Positions 27,551-37,238 of a DNA stretch of 40,571 nt are shown here, piece after piece (positions within the stretch are counted from its first letter, which is position 1; every line of letters starts with the position of its first letter). This DNA is from Actinomycetota bacterium (GTDB taxonomy: Bacteria; Actinomycetota; Actinomycetes; S36-B12): the NCBI GenBank assembly GCA_009699705.1, contig WLNQ01000002.1, positions 1 through 40,571 of the forward strand, given 5' to 3'. A model generated the notes under the pieces. It was not told the origin of the DNA and ran no database searches. It saw nothing but the letters and a program-made list of their open reading frames with translations. The translations under genes and the position numbers were made by a program.

Positions 27551-29875
27551 TCATGCGGCTCGACGCCAACGATCGGTAACTTTCGTGGCAATCCCCACCG
27601 CGACTGCGCCAACCACGCCAACCACTATGGCAACAACGGAATAACGTTCAGGTGCAAGCGATAGCGCAAAGAAATTTGAAAGCCATGGAATAAACAGAAC
27701 GGCAACGAAGGCCACCGCCATCGAAGCAACCAGCACAAGTCGAATGAAATTGAGTGGTCGAGCGCTTTGGGTGAGGACCGCCATTGCGACAATGAATAGC
27801 GTCACCGTGGCTGCGGATTGCGCGCTGCTCACCGGCTCGCCAACTCGCAGGGCCGCTCCGTAACTAGTGAAAGCAGCAATCGCGCAGATAGTTCCGGCCG
27901 GTGCGGTAAATAGCAAGACTCGCTTAAAGAAACCTGGGCGGAAGCGTTCGGTGTTTGGCATCAGCGCTAGGAAGAATCCCGGGATGCCGATGGTGAGTGC
28001 ACCAATCAAGGTGAGGTGTCTTGGTAGAAACGGAAACTCCACGGCAAAGATGCCCGTCGCAATTGAAATGAGGATCGCGTAAAAGGACTTTGTCAGGAAA
28101 ACATCGGAAACTCGTTCAATGTTGCCTAGCACTCGTCGACCTTCAGCAACCACGCTTGGCATCACTGACCACTTGTTATCGAGCAACACCAGTTGAGCAA
28201 CGGCCCGTGTTGCAGCCGATCCCGAACCCATCGAAATACCAAGATCTGCCGACTTCAGCGCGAGCACGTCGTTCACGCCATCGCCGGTCATGGCAACAGT
28301 TAATCCTTGCAGATGTAAGGCGTCCACCATTGCCTGTTTTTGCGTGGGCGTCACCCGGCCAAAAACAGAAGATCGCATGACTGCTTCACTCAACTCAGCA
28401 GGGTCGCTCGGCAAGGTACGAGCATCAACAGGTGCATCCGCTCCTGGAACACCAGCCAGGGCTGCGATCGCTCCGACGGTGACGGCGTTGTCTCCTGAGA
28501 TCACTTTTACGTTGACGCCTTGCTCAAGGAAATACTTCACCGTGTCAGCAGCATCAGAACGCAATCGCTGATCAATGAGCACCAGACCAATAATTTCAAG
28601 ACCGCTTACTGGCACGTCAGCGTTCATCTCATCGCGAGCTCGACCTACGGCAAGCACTCGTGAGCCATCAGCAGCAAGGAGCTCAGCTTGGGCAAGCACT
28701 GGGTTACCTGCGTCGATAATCATTTCCGGTGCGCCCAGAACCCAAGTTCCGTGATCAGCAAAAGTTGCACCCGACCATTTGCGGGCACTTGAAAACGGGA
28801 CGCTTGAGGTCGCTGTCCAAGTTGAGTTGGAATACTCGTCCGCCACAGCGGCAAGGGTGGGGTTTGGTACAGATTCAATGGTGGCCAAAGCGCCGAGCAC
28901 CTCTTGAAGTTTCTCCAGTGAACCCTGCAAAGTGACGAGTTCACGCACGTGCATCCCGGGCTCAGTGAGCGTTCCGGTCTTATCAACACAAATAGTGTCC
29001 ACACGCGCCAACACTTCGACCGCGGGCATATCTTGAACGAGAACTTTCTTCGCAGCCAACCGAATAACAGACACTGCCATCGCAATGCTGGTGAGCAACA
29101 CCAGACCTTCGGGCACCATCGTCACCATGCCTGCGATCGTGCCTCTGATCGCATCTGGCCAGGACGCATCAGCGCGAACAACTTGTGAAAACAAGAGCAA
29201 TGCCCCTACCGGCAACAGTAAGAACGAAACAGCCCGAATAAAACCGTTGATGGCATCACGCAGTTCAGAATTGGTGAGGTGGAACTTTTTGGCTTGCTCC
29301 GTTAATCCCGCAGCAAATGAATCGCGACCAACACGCGTTGCCTGCATGAGGCCACTGCCGGCTACAACAAATGAACCTGACATCGCTTCATCGTTTTCCA
29401 CTTTGTCAACAGAGTCAGCCTCGCCGGTCAGCAGACTTTCATCAATTTCTAATCCTTGTGATTCCACGATCACACCATCGACAACGATTTGATCGCCCGT
29501 TGAAATCAAGATGAAGTCATCCACCACGACACCACTTGCGTCGATCTCTACGTCAACGCCGTCACGTCGAACGATGGGTCTTGCTGCACCAAGAACTGAC
29601 AAGCGCTCCAGAGCCCTTGCGGCTCGGTATTCCTGAACGATACCGATGGCTGTATTGGCCACGATTGCAAACCCGAACAGGGAATCCTGAAACGGCGCCA
29701 CAATCCACATGACGACCCACATCGAGCCAATGACAAAGTTGAAGCGCGTAAGTGTGTTGGCCTTGATGATGTCAGCCAGACTGCGGCTGTTTGCTGATGG
29801 TGCAATGTTGACTTGGCCTGCGGCGATTCGGGTTGCAACCTCAGCTGAAGTGAGCCCCAACTGCGCGCCTGTCAT
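27551..29875 (-). CDS. Cation-translocating P-type ATPase (HAD-IC family, PEGL-type)
   Basis: The ORF is open to 29926. The ATG at 29875-29873 makes an ATGA overlap with the ppx stop. Motifs present are MVPEGL (TM4), [10 protein letters not shown] (phosphorylation site) and [21 protein letters not shown] (hinge), with about 10 predicted TM segments. The transported ion cannot be assigned from sequence by eye. Confidence 0.9.
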   Translation of the reverse strand: MTGAQLGLTSAEVATRIAAGQVNIAPSANSRSLADIIKANTLTRFNFVIGSMWVVMWIVAPFQDSLFGFAIVANTAIGIVQEYRAARALERLSVLGAARPIVRRDGVDVEIDASGVVVDDFILISTGDQIVVDGVIVESQGLEIDESLLTGEADSVDKVENDEAMSGSFVVAGSGLMQATRVGRDSFAAGLTEQAKKFHLTNSELRDAINGFIRAVSFLLLPVGALLLFSQVVRADASWPDAIRGTIAGMVTMVPEGLVLLTSIAMAVSVIRLAAKKVLVQDMPAVEVLARVDTICVDKTGTLTEPGMHVRELVTLQGSLEKLQEVLGALATIESVPNPTLAAVADEYSNSTWTATSSVPFSSARKWSGATFADHGTWVLGAPEMIIDAGNPVLAQAELLAADGSRVLAVGRARDEMNADVPVSGLEIIGLVLIDQRLRSDAADTVKYFLEQGVNVKVISGDNAVTVGAIAALAGVPGADAPVDARTLPSDPAELSEAVMRSSVFGRVTPTQKQAMVDALHLQGLTVAMTGDGVNDVLALKSADLGISMGSGSAATRAVAQLVLLDNKWSVMPSVVAEGRRVLGNIERVSDVFLTKSFYAILISIATGIFAVEFPFLPRHLTLIGALTIGIPGFFLALMPNTERFRPGFFKRVLLFTAPAGTICAIAAFTSYGAALRVGEPVSSAQSAATVTLFIVAMAVLTQSARPLNFIRLVLVASMAVAFVAVLFIPWLSNFFALSLAPERYSVVAIVVGVVGAVAVGIATKVTDRWRRAA

Positions 29876-30801
29876 GTTGGCAGACCGTCCATCCGATGCA
29901 AAATCACGCCTTCTCGTAGCGCCCAAGGACAGATGGATACTTCATCAATACCGAGCAACTCCATCGCAGCTTCGGCAACAACAGCACCTGCCAGCAATTG
30001 CTCAGCTCTACCTTCAGATACACCTGGGATAAGTGCGCGTTCGCTCACTGGGATAACAGAGAGCTCGTTCACCAACCTTTTGACTGAACTCAAGGTGAGT
30101 TTGCGGTCAACGAATAGGCCTTCACTCGATGACGGAGCACCGGCGATGCGGGCAAGTTGTTTAAGGGTCTTGGACGAACCAACTGAGATTCGCGGTGTCC
30201 CACCACGCTGGATTTTTCCTACGACGCTGGCAATCGATGCCCGAACATGCTTGCGCAGTTCGCGTAGCTCATCTGGTGTCGGTGGATCGTTGTGCAGGTA
30301 AGTGCGGGTGAGCCGACCCGCGCCAAGTGGCAAGGAGACTGCAACGTCTGGTTCTTCATCAACGCCGGAGGCAAGTTCAAGTGAGCCCCCACCAATATCC
30401 AGAACGAGCAAACGACCAGCAGACCATCCAAACCAACGTCGAACCGCCAAGAAGGTCATCCGAGCTTCGTCTTCGCCCGAGAGCACTTCAACCTGAATAC
30501 CTGTTTCATTCATCACGCGAGTCAGCACATTGATGCCATTTCCGGCATCGCGAACTGCGCTCGTGGCAAAAGCCATGAGCTCACTCACGCCGAGATCTTC
30601 AGCCAAGCTTTGAGATTTCCTAATGAAATCAATCAGCATCTCTACGGCCTCGTCATCGACGTTGCCTTCAGGCGTGAGATGTTCGGCAAGCCGCAAGGGG
30701 ATCTTGAGTTTGGAGGCCGGAATCGGCGCTGCGCCGTAATGGGCGTCAACAAGCAATAGATGAACCGTGTTAGAACCTATGTCGAGAACTCCCATGCGCA
30801 C
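29872..30801 (-). CDS. ppx: Exopolyphosphatase / guanosine pentaphosphate phosphohydrolase family (Ppx/GppA)
   Basis: 309-aa ORF with ASKHA-fold motifs VLDIGSNTVHLLL and VLDIGGGSLEL. It starts at a GTG (30801) preceded by TACCGT 6 nt upstream; the ATG at 30795 is an alternative start. Confidence 0.9.
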   Translation of the reverse strand: MRMGVLDIGSNTVHLLLVDAHYGAAPIPASKLKIPLRLAEHLTPEGNVDDEAVEMLIDFIRKSQSLAEDLGVSELMAFATSAVRDAGNGINVLTRVMNETGIQVEVLSGEDEARMTFLAVRRWFGWSAGRLLVLDIGGGSLELASGVDEEPDVAVSLPLGAGRLTRTYLHNDPPTPDELRELRKHVRASIASVVGKIQRGGTPRISVGSSKTLKQLARIAGAPSSSEGLFVDRKLTLSSVKRLVNELSVIPVSERALIPGVSEGRAEQLLAGAVVAEAAMELLGIDEVSICPWALREGVILHRMDGLPT

Positions 30802-30883
30802 GTGCCCACGGTACCCAAATTCATCTGCTTGCGTAGACCCGCCTCGTTAATTCTTGCCCACACCAACACATAGGCTGTGTGTC

Positions 30884-31636
30884 ATGGCTGAAGTGTTGTT
30901 GGACTTTCCTCGTCAGTGGTTCGAATTCACCGACCCTGCAGACGAAGATCAACGCATCCGTGCAGATCTCACTTGGCTGACTTCCCGTTGGACCTGCATC
31001 TTTGGACGCGGCTGTCCGGGGATCTACGCATCCTCGCCAGAAGCTGGCTGCTGCACTCTTGGCGCACACTTTTCTGACAAAGACGACCGCAAGCGCACCG
31101 AGAAGTGGGTCGCCAAACTCGACGAAAGCCTCTGGCAAAACCATAAGACCGGCACGAAAAAGGGCTGGATGGTCAAAGAAGAGGGCGAATGGAAGACCCG
31201 AGTCGTTCGCAAGGCTTGCATTTTCCATAACGACCCGGATTTTGCAGGCGGTTACGGCTGCGCGCTGCATCACCTCGCTGAACGCGAAGGAGTCTCTTTC
31301 GTGGAGACCAAGCCCGAGGTTTGTTGGCAAGTGCCTATGCGTCGGTCCTTTGAAAACGTCGAGCATCCCGATGAAAAAGAGACCACGGTCGTGGTTCTCG
31401 GTGAATTCGATCGCGGTTCATGGGGCCCCGGCGGACACGACCTTGATTGGTATTGCAGTTCCAACCCCGCAGCTCACATCGGTACTGAGCCGGTCTACAT
31501 CAGCAGCAAGACCGAGATGGTCGCCCTCATCGGTGAACAGGCCTACGAGATCGTGGCCGAAGCGTGCCGCAAGCTTGAGCAGATGCGCACCACAAGTGGA
31601 TTAGATATCGCGCCACATCCGGCTGACCCCAAGTAA
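30884..31636 (+). CDS. Conserved Cys-rich hypothetical protein (possible Zn/Fe-chelating CxxCxxCC-like fold; by position Rv0495c-like)
   Basis: The ORF is open from the TTG at 30854. The ATG at 30884 is preceded by TAGGCT (30871-30876) 7 nt upstream. The Cys pattern is TCIFGRGCPGIYASSPEAGCC ... ACIFHNDPDFAGGYGCALHH ... VCW ... YC. The gene is divergent from ppx, as Rv0495c is from Rv0496 in M. tuberculosis (from memory). No catalytic motif is recognisable. Confidence 0.6.
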   Translation: MAEVLLDFPRQWFEFTDPADEDQRIRADLTWLTSRWTCIFGRGCPGIYASSPEAGCCTLGAHFSDKDDRKRTEKWVAKLDESLWQNHKTGTKKGWMVKEEGEWKTRVVRKACIFHNDPDFAGGYGCALHHLAEREGVSFVETKPEVCWQVPMRRSFENVEHPDEKETTVVVLGEFDRGSWGPGGHDLDWYCSSNPAAHIGTEPVYISSKTEMVALIGEQAYEIVAEACRKLEQMRTTSGLDIAPHPADPK

Positions 31637-31666
31637 TTCGTCAGACCAGCCCGATACCGTCAGCCC

Positions 31667-33043
31667 ATGGCCAAGGTCACGAGTTCCTACAGTTGCACTG
31701 CCTGCGCTGCCACCACAATTCGGTGGGCCGGCAAGTGCCCACAGTGCGATGCCTTCGGCACGATGGAACTTGTGAACGCCACAGCCCAAACCCCTGGCAT
31801 GAAAAGCAGCCTCACTGGCAAAGTGCCGTTGCGCCCGGCCCGGCCAGTTTCCTCGATCACAAAGTTGGGGCCGGTGCCTCGCATCACCACCGGCATTGGT
31901 GAGTTCGACCGAGTGCTCGGTGGTGGCCTCGTTGCCGGCCAAATGTGTTTGCTGAGCGGCGCTCCCGGATCTGGCAAGAGCACCCTTGTTTTGGCCATCG
32001 CTGATTCCGTTGCCAAACGACTCAAGCGCCCGGTGCTCTACATCTCGGGTGAAGAATCGGTCGAACAAATTGCCATTCGCGCGCAGCGGATCGGCGCGAC
32101 GAGCGAGTTTCTTCTGCTTGCCGATGACACCGAACTTGGCGCAGCAATTGGCCACATCGATGAGCACTCACCAGATCTCGCCCTTGTCATCGTTGACTCG
32201 GTACAAACGATGGCGTCATCAGATATTGAAGGTCGAGCTGGTGGCGTCACCCAGGTGATGGAAGTTGCGCAAGCACTCACTCGAGTAGCGAAAACTCGTA
32301 ATTTGCCTATCATTTTGATTGGCCAGGTCACCAAAGATTCAAATGTTGCGGGTCCTCGAGCACTCGAACACATCGTGGATGCGACGCTCACCCTTGAAGG
32401 CGACGCACACACTTCCTTGCGACTGCTGAGAAGCGTGAAGAACCGTTACGGCTCACTTGAAGTCGCAGCCTTCGAACAGACTGACACTGGCATGGAAGAA
32501 GTGCTCGACCCAAGCATGCTCTTTCGCGGGCATCGCGATACACCTGTTGCCGGAACGTGTATCACGGTCACCGTCGAAGGCAATCGGGCGCTCACCGCCG
32601 AAGTTCAAGCCTTAGTTGCACCCACCACGAACCCAAACCCTCGGCGTGGGGTCTCTGGGCTTGATAGTTCGCGGATGGCCATGCTGATCGCGGTCTCGGA
32701 GCGAACTGCCTCGTTGAAACTCTTCGACAAAGATGTCTTTCTTGCAACCATCGGTGGCATTCGACTCTCTGACCCTGGCAGTGACTTAGCGGTGTGCCTC
32801 GCGATTGTCTCAGCTAGTCAAGATGCACCCATCGCACTTAACGTCGCTGCAATCGGCGAAGTCACGCTTTCTGGTGATGTTCGCCCCGTGCCCCACATGA
32901 CAGAACGAGTCAGTGAAGCCGCGCGCCTAGGTTTTAGCCGCCTACTGGTTCCCGTGGGAACAAAAGCTCGCGTCCGAGACAAAGCGATCGAACTTGTTGA
33001 AGTGCCAACTCTGGCGCAAGCAATCGCAGCTATGCGGCGCTAG
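31667..33043 (+). CDS. radA: DNA repair protein RadA/Sms
   Basis: 458-aa ORF with an N-terminal zinc finger (CTAC ... CPQC), Walker A GAPGSGKSTL, a KNRYGS motif and a Lon-protease-like C-terminal domain. TACCGT (31655-31660) lies 6 nt upstream of the ATG. Confidence 0.95.
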   Translation: MAKVTSSYSCTACAATTIRWAGKCPQCDAFGTMELVNATAQTPGMKSSLTGKVPLRPARPVSSITKLGPVPRITTGIGEFDRVLGGGLVAGQMCLLSGAPGSGKSTLVLAIADSVAKRLKRPVLYISGEESVEQIAIRAQRIGATSEFLLLADDTELGAAIGHIDEHSPDLALVIVDSVQTMASSDIEGRAGGVTQVMEVAQALTRVAKTRNLPIILIGQVTKDSNVAGPRALEHIVDATLTLEGDAHTSLRLLRSVKNRYGSLEVAAFEQTDTGMEEVLDPSMLFRGHRDTPVAGTCITVTVEGNRALTAEVQALVAPTTNPNPRRGVSGLDSSRMAMLIAVSERTASLKLFDKDVFLATIGGIRLSDPGSDLAVCLAIVSASQDAPIALNVAAIGEVTLSGDVRPVPHMTERVSEAARLGFSRLLVPVGTKARVRDKAIELVEVPTLAQAIAAMRR

Positions 33044-33675
33044 CGAGTAGAAGTAATTGCAAAGGGAGTTTGCTCGCTTTTTGCAGTTTCGTTCGCGCCC
33101 ACAAGTTCGTAACTTCCGGCCTTTGCAAAAGCACCTTGGTTACTGCAGTTTTGCGGAGTCGCACGGCCATCCCAAGTGATACTCGAAGCAAAACGCTCTC
33201 CGGGTTTCAGGACGGATTCCTTGGTGGCAACGCTGGCATTGCAATCATCGCTCGACCACACCGGATAGCCGCCGGTTGTGATGATCAGCGCATTAGCTTT
33301 GGGGCCAACATCACGAGTGCAGGCAAAGGATCCAATGTTTTCAATGGTCAAGGTCAATCTTGGCGATGACTTAACCAGGTATGTCGAGGAATCTGTCGTT
33401 GCAGTCACCCCGATGCTCGCATCTGGGCACAGGCCAGCGGGATCAGCAACGACTCCAGAGGCACTCGGGGTTGGTGCTGGCACACTCGTGGCCGCCGCGC
33501 TGGCGCTAGTTGAAACTGCCGGCGACGGTTGGGTCGTTGGTGCCGGATCCGAACCACCAGCCAGCATCCACCAAAGCCCGATGATGACCGTGAGGGAAAC
33601 CAGGATCACCGCTCCACGGCGCACCCAATACACGGTTGGGGCTTCTGGACCTCTGGGGGACATCATTGCGCTCAC
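33040..33675 (-). CDS. Membrane-anchored extracytoplasmic protein with a Pro/Ser/Thr/Ala linker and a 4-Cys beta-rich domain (Rv3587c-like position)
   Basis: The long ORF (to 34122) overlaps mutY and is implausible upstream of ~33675. The GTG at 33675 (VSAMMSPRGPEAPTVYWVRRGAVILVSLTVIIGLWWML) is preceded by TACCGT 7 nt upstream; the ATG at 33666 is an alternative. The protein has a single TM helix, a low-complexity linker and then a domain with four conserved-looking Cys residues. Confidence 0.65.
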   Translation of the reverse strand: MSAMMSPRGPEAPTVYWVRRGAVILVSLTVIIGLWWMLAGGSDPAPTTQPSPAVSTSASAAATSVPAPTPSASGVVADPAGLCPDASIGVTATTDSSTYLVKSSPRLTLTIENIGSFACTRDVGPKANALIITTGGYPVWSSDDCNASVATKESVLKPGERFASSITWDGRATPQNCSNQGAFAKAGSYELVGANETAKSEQTPFAITSTR

Positions 33676-33693
33676 ACAGGCCACGGTAGTGCC

Positions 33694-34593
33694 ATGAGCA
33701 CCCACACATGCGACGATCCCTTCGTGGCGCAAAAAGACGATCCAGTCACAGTCGTTGTGAAATGGTTTGCCGAAAACAAGCGTGACCTGCCTTGGCGCGC
33801 ACCCGATGTCACGGCTTGGGGAATTCTGGTGAGCGAATTCATGTTGCAACAGACTCAAGTTGATCGGGTGCTCCCCAAATGGCTGACGTGGATGGACATC
33901 TGGCCAACGCCGCAGGCACTCGCCCAAGCACCGCTGAGCGATGTCCTTCGCGCTTGGCAAGGATTGGGATACCCACGACGTGCCATGCGGCTGCACACCT
34001 GTGCCCAGCGCATCGTTTCTGAGTTTGGCGGGGTCGTGCCCTCGACGCAAAGTCAACTGCTGAGCCTGCCGGGGGTTGGCCACTACACGGCTGCCGCTAT
34101 TGCCGCCTTTGCTTTTCAGCAACCAACGGTGGTGCTTGATACCAACATTCGTCGAGTGATCGTTCGGGCTTGGACAGCACAGGCTTTACCGACCACTCAC
34201 CTCACACAACGTGAAGTGGCCTTCGCTTCGGACTTAGTGCGAGAACACGATGGGGCACAGTGGTCGGCTGCGGTTATGGAACTTGGCGCACTTATTTGCA
34301 CCTCGCGGGCTCCTAAATGCGATCAGTGTCCGATCCAAGCCACCTGCGCATGGTTCGCCGAGGGAAAGCCTGACAACGCGCCAGCCAGACGCAAACAGCC
34401 TGCCTTTGCAGGCAGTGACCGGCAAGCGCGCGGCGCGCTTTTGCGCACAGTCGGCGCATCTCAACTCGCCACGACAAGCGCGATCGAAGCAACTTGGGCT
34501 GACGCGTTGCAGCGTGAAAAAGCGATGACGAGCCTCATCAACGATGGGCTCGTCATTCGCGTAGATCAGGGTTATTGCCTTCCAGACAATTAG
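33694..34593 (+). CDS. mutY: A/G-specific adenine DNA glycosylase
   Basis: The ORF is open from 33529, but the ATG at 33694 (MSTHTCDDPF ... WFAENKRDLPWR) gives the normal N-terminus. It carries SEFMLQQTQV, the helix-hairpin-helix (HhH) motif LPGVGHYTAAAI and the 4Fe-4S loop CTSRAPKCDQCPIQATC. Confidence 0.9.
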   Translation: MSTHTCDDPFVAQKDDPVTVVVKWFAENKRDLPWRAPDVTAWGILVSEFMLQQTQVDRVLPKWLTWMDIWPTPQALAQAPLSDVLRAWQGLGYPRRAMRLHTCAQRIVSEFGGVVPSTQSQLLSLPGVGHYTAAAIAAFAFQQPTVVLDTNIRRVIVRAWTAQALPTTHLTQREVAFASDLVREHDGAQWSAAVMELGALICTSRAPKCDQCPIQATCAWFAEGKPDNAPARRKQPAFAGSDRQARGALLRTVGASQLATTSAIEATWADALQREKAMTSLINDGLVIRVDQGYCLPDN

Positions 34594-37079
34594 CCAACAG
34601 TTTCGACTGGTGGCGTATCTGGCAGCACCGCGCGAGGTGTTGCATTGAAAGTGAAGTCGCGCTCGGTGCCTTCGCCTTCCACATCAACAACCACAATGTG
34701 GCCTGCCTTGAGATCACCAAAGAGCATTTTCTCGCTCAATGGATCTTCAATATCGCGTTGAATTGCGCGACGCAACGGACGAGCACCCAACTGTGAGTCG
34801 TAGCCGCGTTCTGCCAATAAATCCTTAGCAGCAGTGGTCAACTCGATATCGATATCTCGATCAGCCAACCGCTTTTCCAAGTTCGCAATCATGAGATCAA
34901 CAATCTCAACGATTTCGTTCTTAGTGAGCTGGTGGAAGACGATGACGTCGTCGATACGGTTCAAGAACTCAGGGCGGAAGTGTGACTTCAACTCCTGATT
35001 CACCTTCGCCTTCATGCGCTCGTAGGCCGTTTCGTCTTCATTCTCGGCAACGAAACCGAGCATGACGCCCTGCGACACCTCGCGACTACCAAGGTTGGTG
35101 GTCATGATGATCACCGTGTTCTTGAAGTCGACTGCTCGACCTTGAGCATCGGTCAATCGGCCTTCTTCAAGTACCTGAAGAAGCGAATTGAAGATGTCAG
35201 GGTGCGCCTTTTCAACTTCATCGAACAACACAACAGAGAACGGCTTGCGACGCACCTTTTCGGTGAGCTGGCCACCTTCTTCGTAACCCACATAACCCGG
35301 AGGTGAGCCAAAGAGCCTTGAAGCGGTGTGACGCTCGGAATACTCACTCATATCCAAGGAGATCAAGGCATCTTCGTTACCAAAGAGGAACTCGGCCAAC
35401 GTCTTGCTGAGTTCAGTTTTACCTACACCCGAGGGGCCAGCGAAAATAAACGATCCCGATGGACGCTTGGGATCTTTCAATCCTGCACGAGTACGACGGA
35501 TCGACTTCGACAACGCCTTGATTGCCTGCTCTTGGCCAATAACCCGCTTATGCAGTTCATCTTCCATGCGTAGCAAACGTGCAATATCGTCTTCGGTGAG
35601 ATCAGTAACAGGAATACCTGTCATCAAGGCAAGTACTTCACCGATCAAGCGCTCATCAACTTCAGCAACGACATCGAGGTCGCCTGCTTTCCATTCTTTT
35701 TCGCGCTGAGCCTTGTCGGCAATGAGATTTTTCTCATCGTCGCGAAGGGAAGCAGCCTTCTCGAAATCCTGGGAATCAATTGCTGATTCCTTTTCGCGAC
35801 GCACGACAGCGATGCGGTCATCAAACTCACGCAAATCTGGCGGTGCAGTCATTCGACGGATACGCAGCCGAGAGCCGGCTTCGTCAATGAGGTCAATCGC
35901 CTTATCTGGCAACTGGCGGTCAGAGATGTAGCGATCCGAGAGACGAGCTGCTGCTTCGAGTGCACCATCTGTGATCGAAACACGGTGATGGGCTTCGTAG
36001 CGATCGCGCAGACCTTTAAGGATTTCGATTGTGTGCGGCACATCGGGTGCCTCGACTTGAATAGGAGCGAAACGACGCTCAAGCGCGGCATCCTTTTCAA
36101 TGTGCTTGCGGTACTCATCCAAAGTGGTAGCGCCGATGGTCTGGAGTTCACCACGAGCAAGCATCGGCTTCAAGATGCTCGCAGCATCGATTGCGCCTTC
36201 AGCAGCACCAGCACCAACAAGGGTATGAATTTCATCGATGAACAGCACGATGTCGCCACGGGTCCGAATTTCCTTCAGCACCTTCTTGAGGCGCTCTTCG
36301 AAGTCGCCGCGGTAACGGCTACCAGCAACGAGGGCACCCAGATCAAGCGTGTAAATCTGCTTGTCTTTCAAGGTTTCTGGCACTTCACCTTTGACGATGT
36401 TTTGGGCAAGCCCTTCAACCACAGCGGTCTTGCCAACGCCTGGCTCACCAATCAACACTGGGTTGTTCTTGGTGCGGCGTGAAAGCACCTGCATCACGCG
36501 CTCAATTTCTTTCTCGCGTCCGATCACTGGGTCAAGCTTGCCTTCGCGAGCTGCCACTGTCAGGTTACGACCGAATTGATCAAGAACCAGTGAAGTCGAA
36601 GCAGTGCCCTCGGCTGGTCCAGCTGCCGCCGGCTCCTTGCCTTGGTAACCACTGAGCAACTGAATAACTTGTTGACGTACTCGATTGAGGTCAGCGCCTA
36701 ACTTCACCAAGACTTGAGCGGCAACGCCTTCGCCCTCGCGGATTAAACCAAGCAAGATGTGCTCAGTGCCGATGTAGTTGTGGCCTAACTGCAGTGCTTC
36801 GCGAAGGGAGAGTTCCAAGACTTTCTTGGCGCGCGGAGTAAAGGGAATGTGGCCACTTGGTGCCTGCTGGCCCTGGCCAATGATCTCTTCAACTTGGCTG
36901 CGTACGGCTTCCAAGGAAATCCCAAGAGACTCAAGGGCCTTGGCAGCGACGCCTTCGCCCTCGTGGATCAACCCAAGCAAGATGTGCTCTGTACCGATGT
37001 AATTGTGGTTGAGCATGCGCGCTTCTTCCTGCGCCAGTACTACAACCCGTCGTGCTCTGTCGGTAAACCGTTCAAACAT
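34590..37079 (-). CDS. clpC: ATP-dependent Clp protease ATP-binding subunit ClpC
   Basis: The ORF is open to 37088. The canonical start [13 protein letters not shown] is at 37079, with AAGAAGGG upstream. It has duplicated Clp_N repeats, two AAA+ modules (GEPGVGKT and GPSGVGKTE) and a UVR-type linker. Confidence 0.96.
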   Translation of the reverse strand: MFERFTDRARRVVVLAQEEARMLNHNYIGTEHILLGLIHEGEGVAAKALESLGISLEAVRSQVEEIIGQGQQAPSGHIPFTPRAKKVLELSLREALQLGHNYIGTEHILLGLIREGEGVAAQVLVKLGADLNRVRQQVIQLLSGYQGKEPAAAGPAEGTASTSLVLDQFGRNLTVAAREGKLDPVIGREKEIERVMQVLSRRTKNNPVLIGEPGVGKTAVVEGLAQNIVKGEVPETLKDKQIYTLDLGALVAGSRYRGDFEERLKKVLKEIRTRGDIVLFIDEIHTLVGAGAAEGAIDAASILKPMLARGELQTIGATTLDEYRKHIEKDAALERRFAPIQVEAPDVPHTIEILKGLRDRYEAHHRVSITDGALEAAARLSDRYISDRQLPDKAIDLIDEAGSRLRIRRMTAPPDLREFDDRIAVVRREKESAIDSQDFEKAASLRDDEKNLIADKAQREKEWKAGDLDVVAEVDERLIGEVLALMTGIPVTDLTEDDIARLLRMEDELHKRVIGQEQAIKALSKSIRRTRAGLKDPKRPSGSFIFAGPSGVGKTELSKTLAEFLFGNEDALISLDMSEYSERHTASRLFGSPPGYVGYEEGGQLTEKVRRKPFSVVLFDEVEKAHPDIFNSLLQVLEEGRLTDAQGRAVDFKNTVIIMTTNLGSREVSQGVMLGFVAENEDETAYERMKAKVNQELKSHFRPEFLNRIDDVIVFHQLTKNEIVEIVDLMIANLEKRLADRDIDIELTTAAKDLLAERGYDSQLGARPLRRAIQRDIEDPLSEKMLFGDLKAGHIVVVDVEGEGTERDFTFNATPRAVLPDTPPVETVG

Positions 37080-37224
37080 CGGCCGCACCCTTCTTTGTCG
37101 GACTATCTGCTCGAGCGTCCGTAATACCCCACCAGCCTAACCTTCCGGCTAGCCGAGCACGGCATCACTGACGCTTGTTCTAAGACAACCACGACTTGGG
37201 CCAGAACCTTCCCGATCGGGTGTA

Positions 37225-37238
37225 CGCCTGCCGCGAAC
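37225..37238 (-). promoter_or_regulatory. ClgR-like operator candidate upstream of clpC
   Basis: The minus strand reads GTTCGCGGCAGGCG, i.e. GTTCGC-N5-GCG. As I recall it, this is the Streptomyces ClgR consensus, and it is also consistent with the Corynebacterium CGC-N5-GCG core. It lies ~146-159 nt upstream of the clpC ATG in the largest noncoding gap of the window. A TAGGCT -10-like hexamer for clpC lies at 37134-37139 (minus strand). Confidence 0.3.

Noticed and set aside
33757-33774. TTGTGAAATGGTTTGCCG, a Rex-like left half-site inside mutY. Other isolated TGTGAA/TTCACA hits occur near 8505, 23978 and 40060.
   Set aside because: The right half does not match TTCACAA, the sites are intragenic or lack dyad symmetry, and they are not upstream of redox genes.
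33676-34122. Upstream 149-codon extension of the minus-strand membrane protein ORF, and the 55-codon extension of mutY (33529-33693).
   Set aside because: The two extensions overlap each other and the opposing genes, and their sequences are compositionally odd (His/Gly/Arg-rich). Canonical N-termini and a TANNNT signal support the shorter starts at 33675 and 33694.
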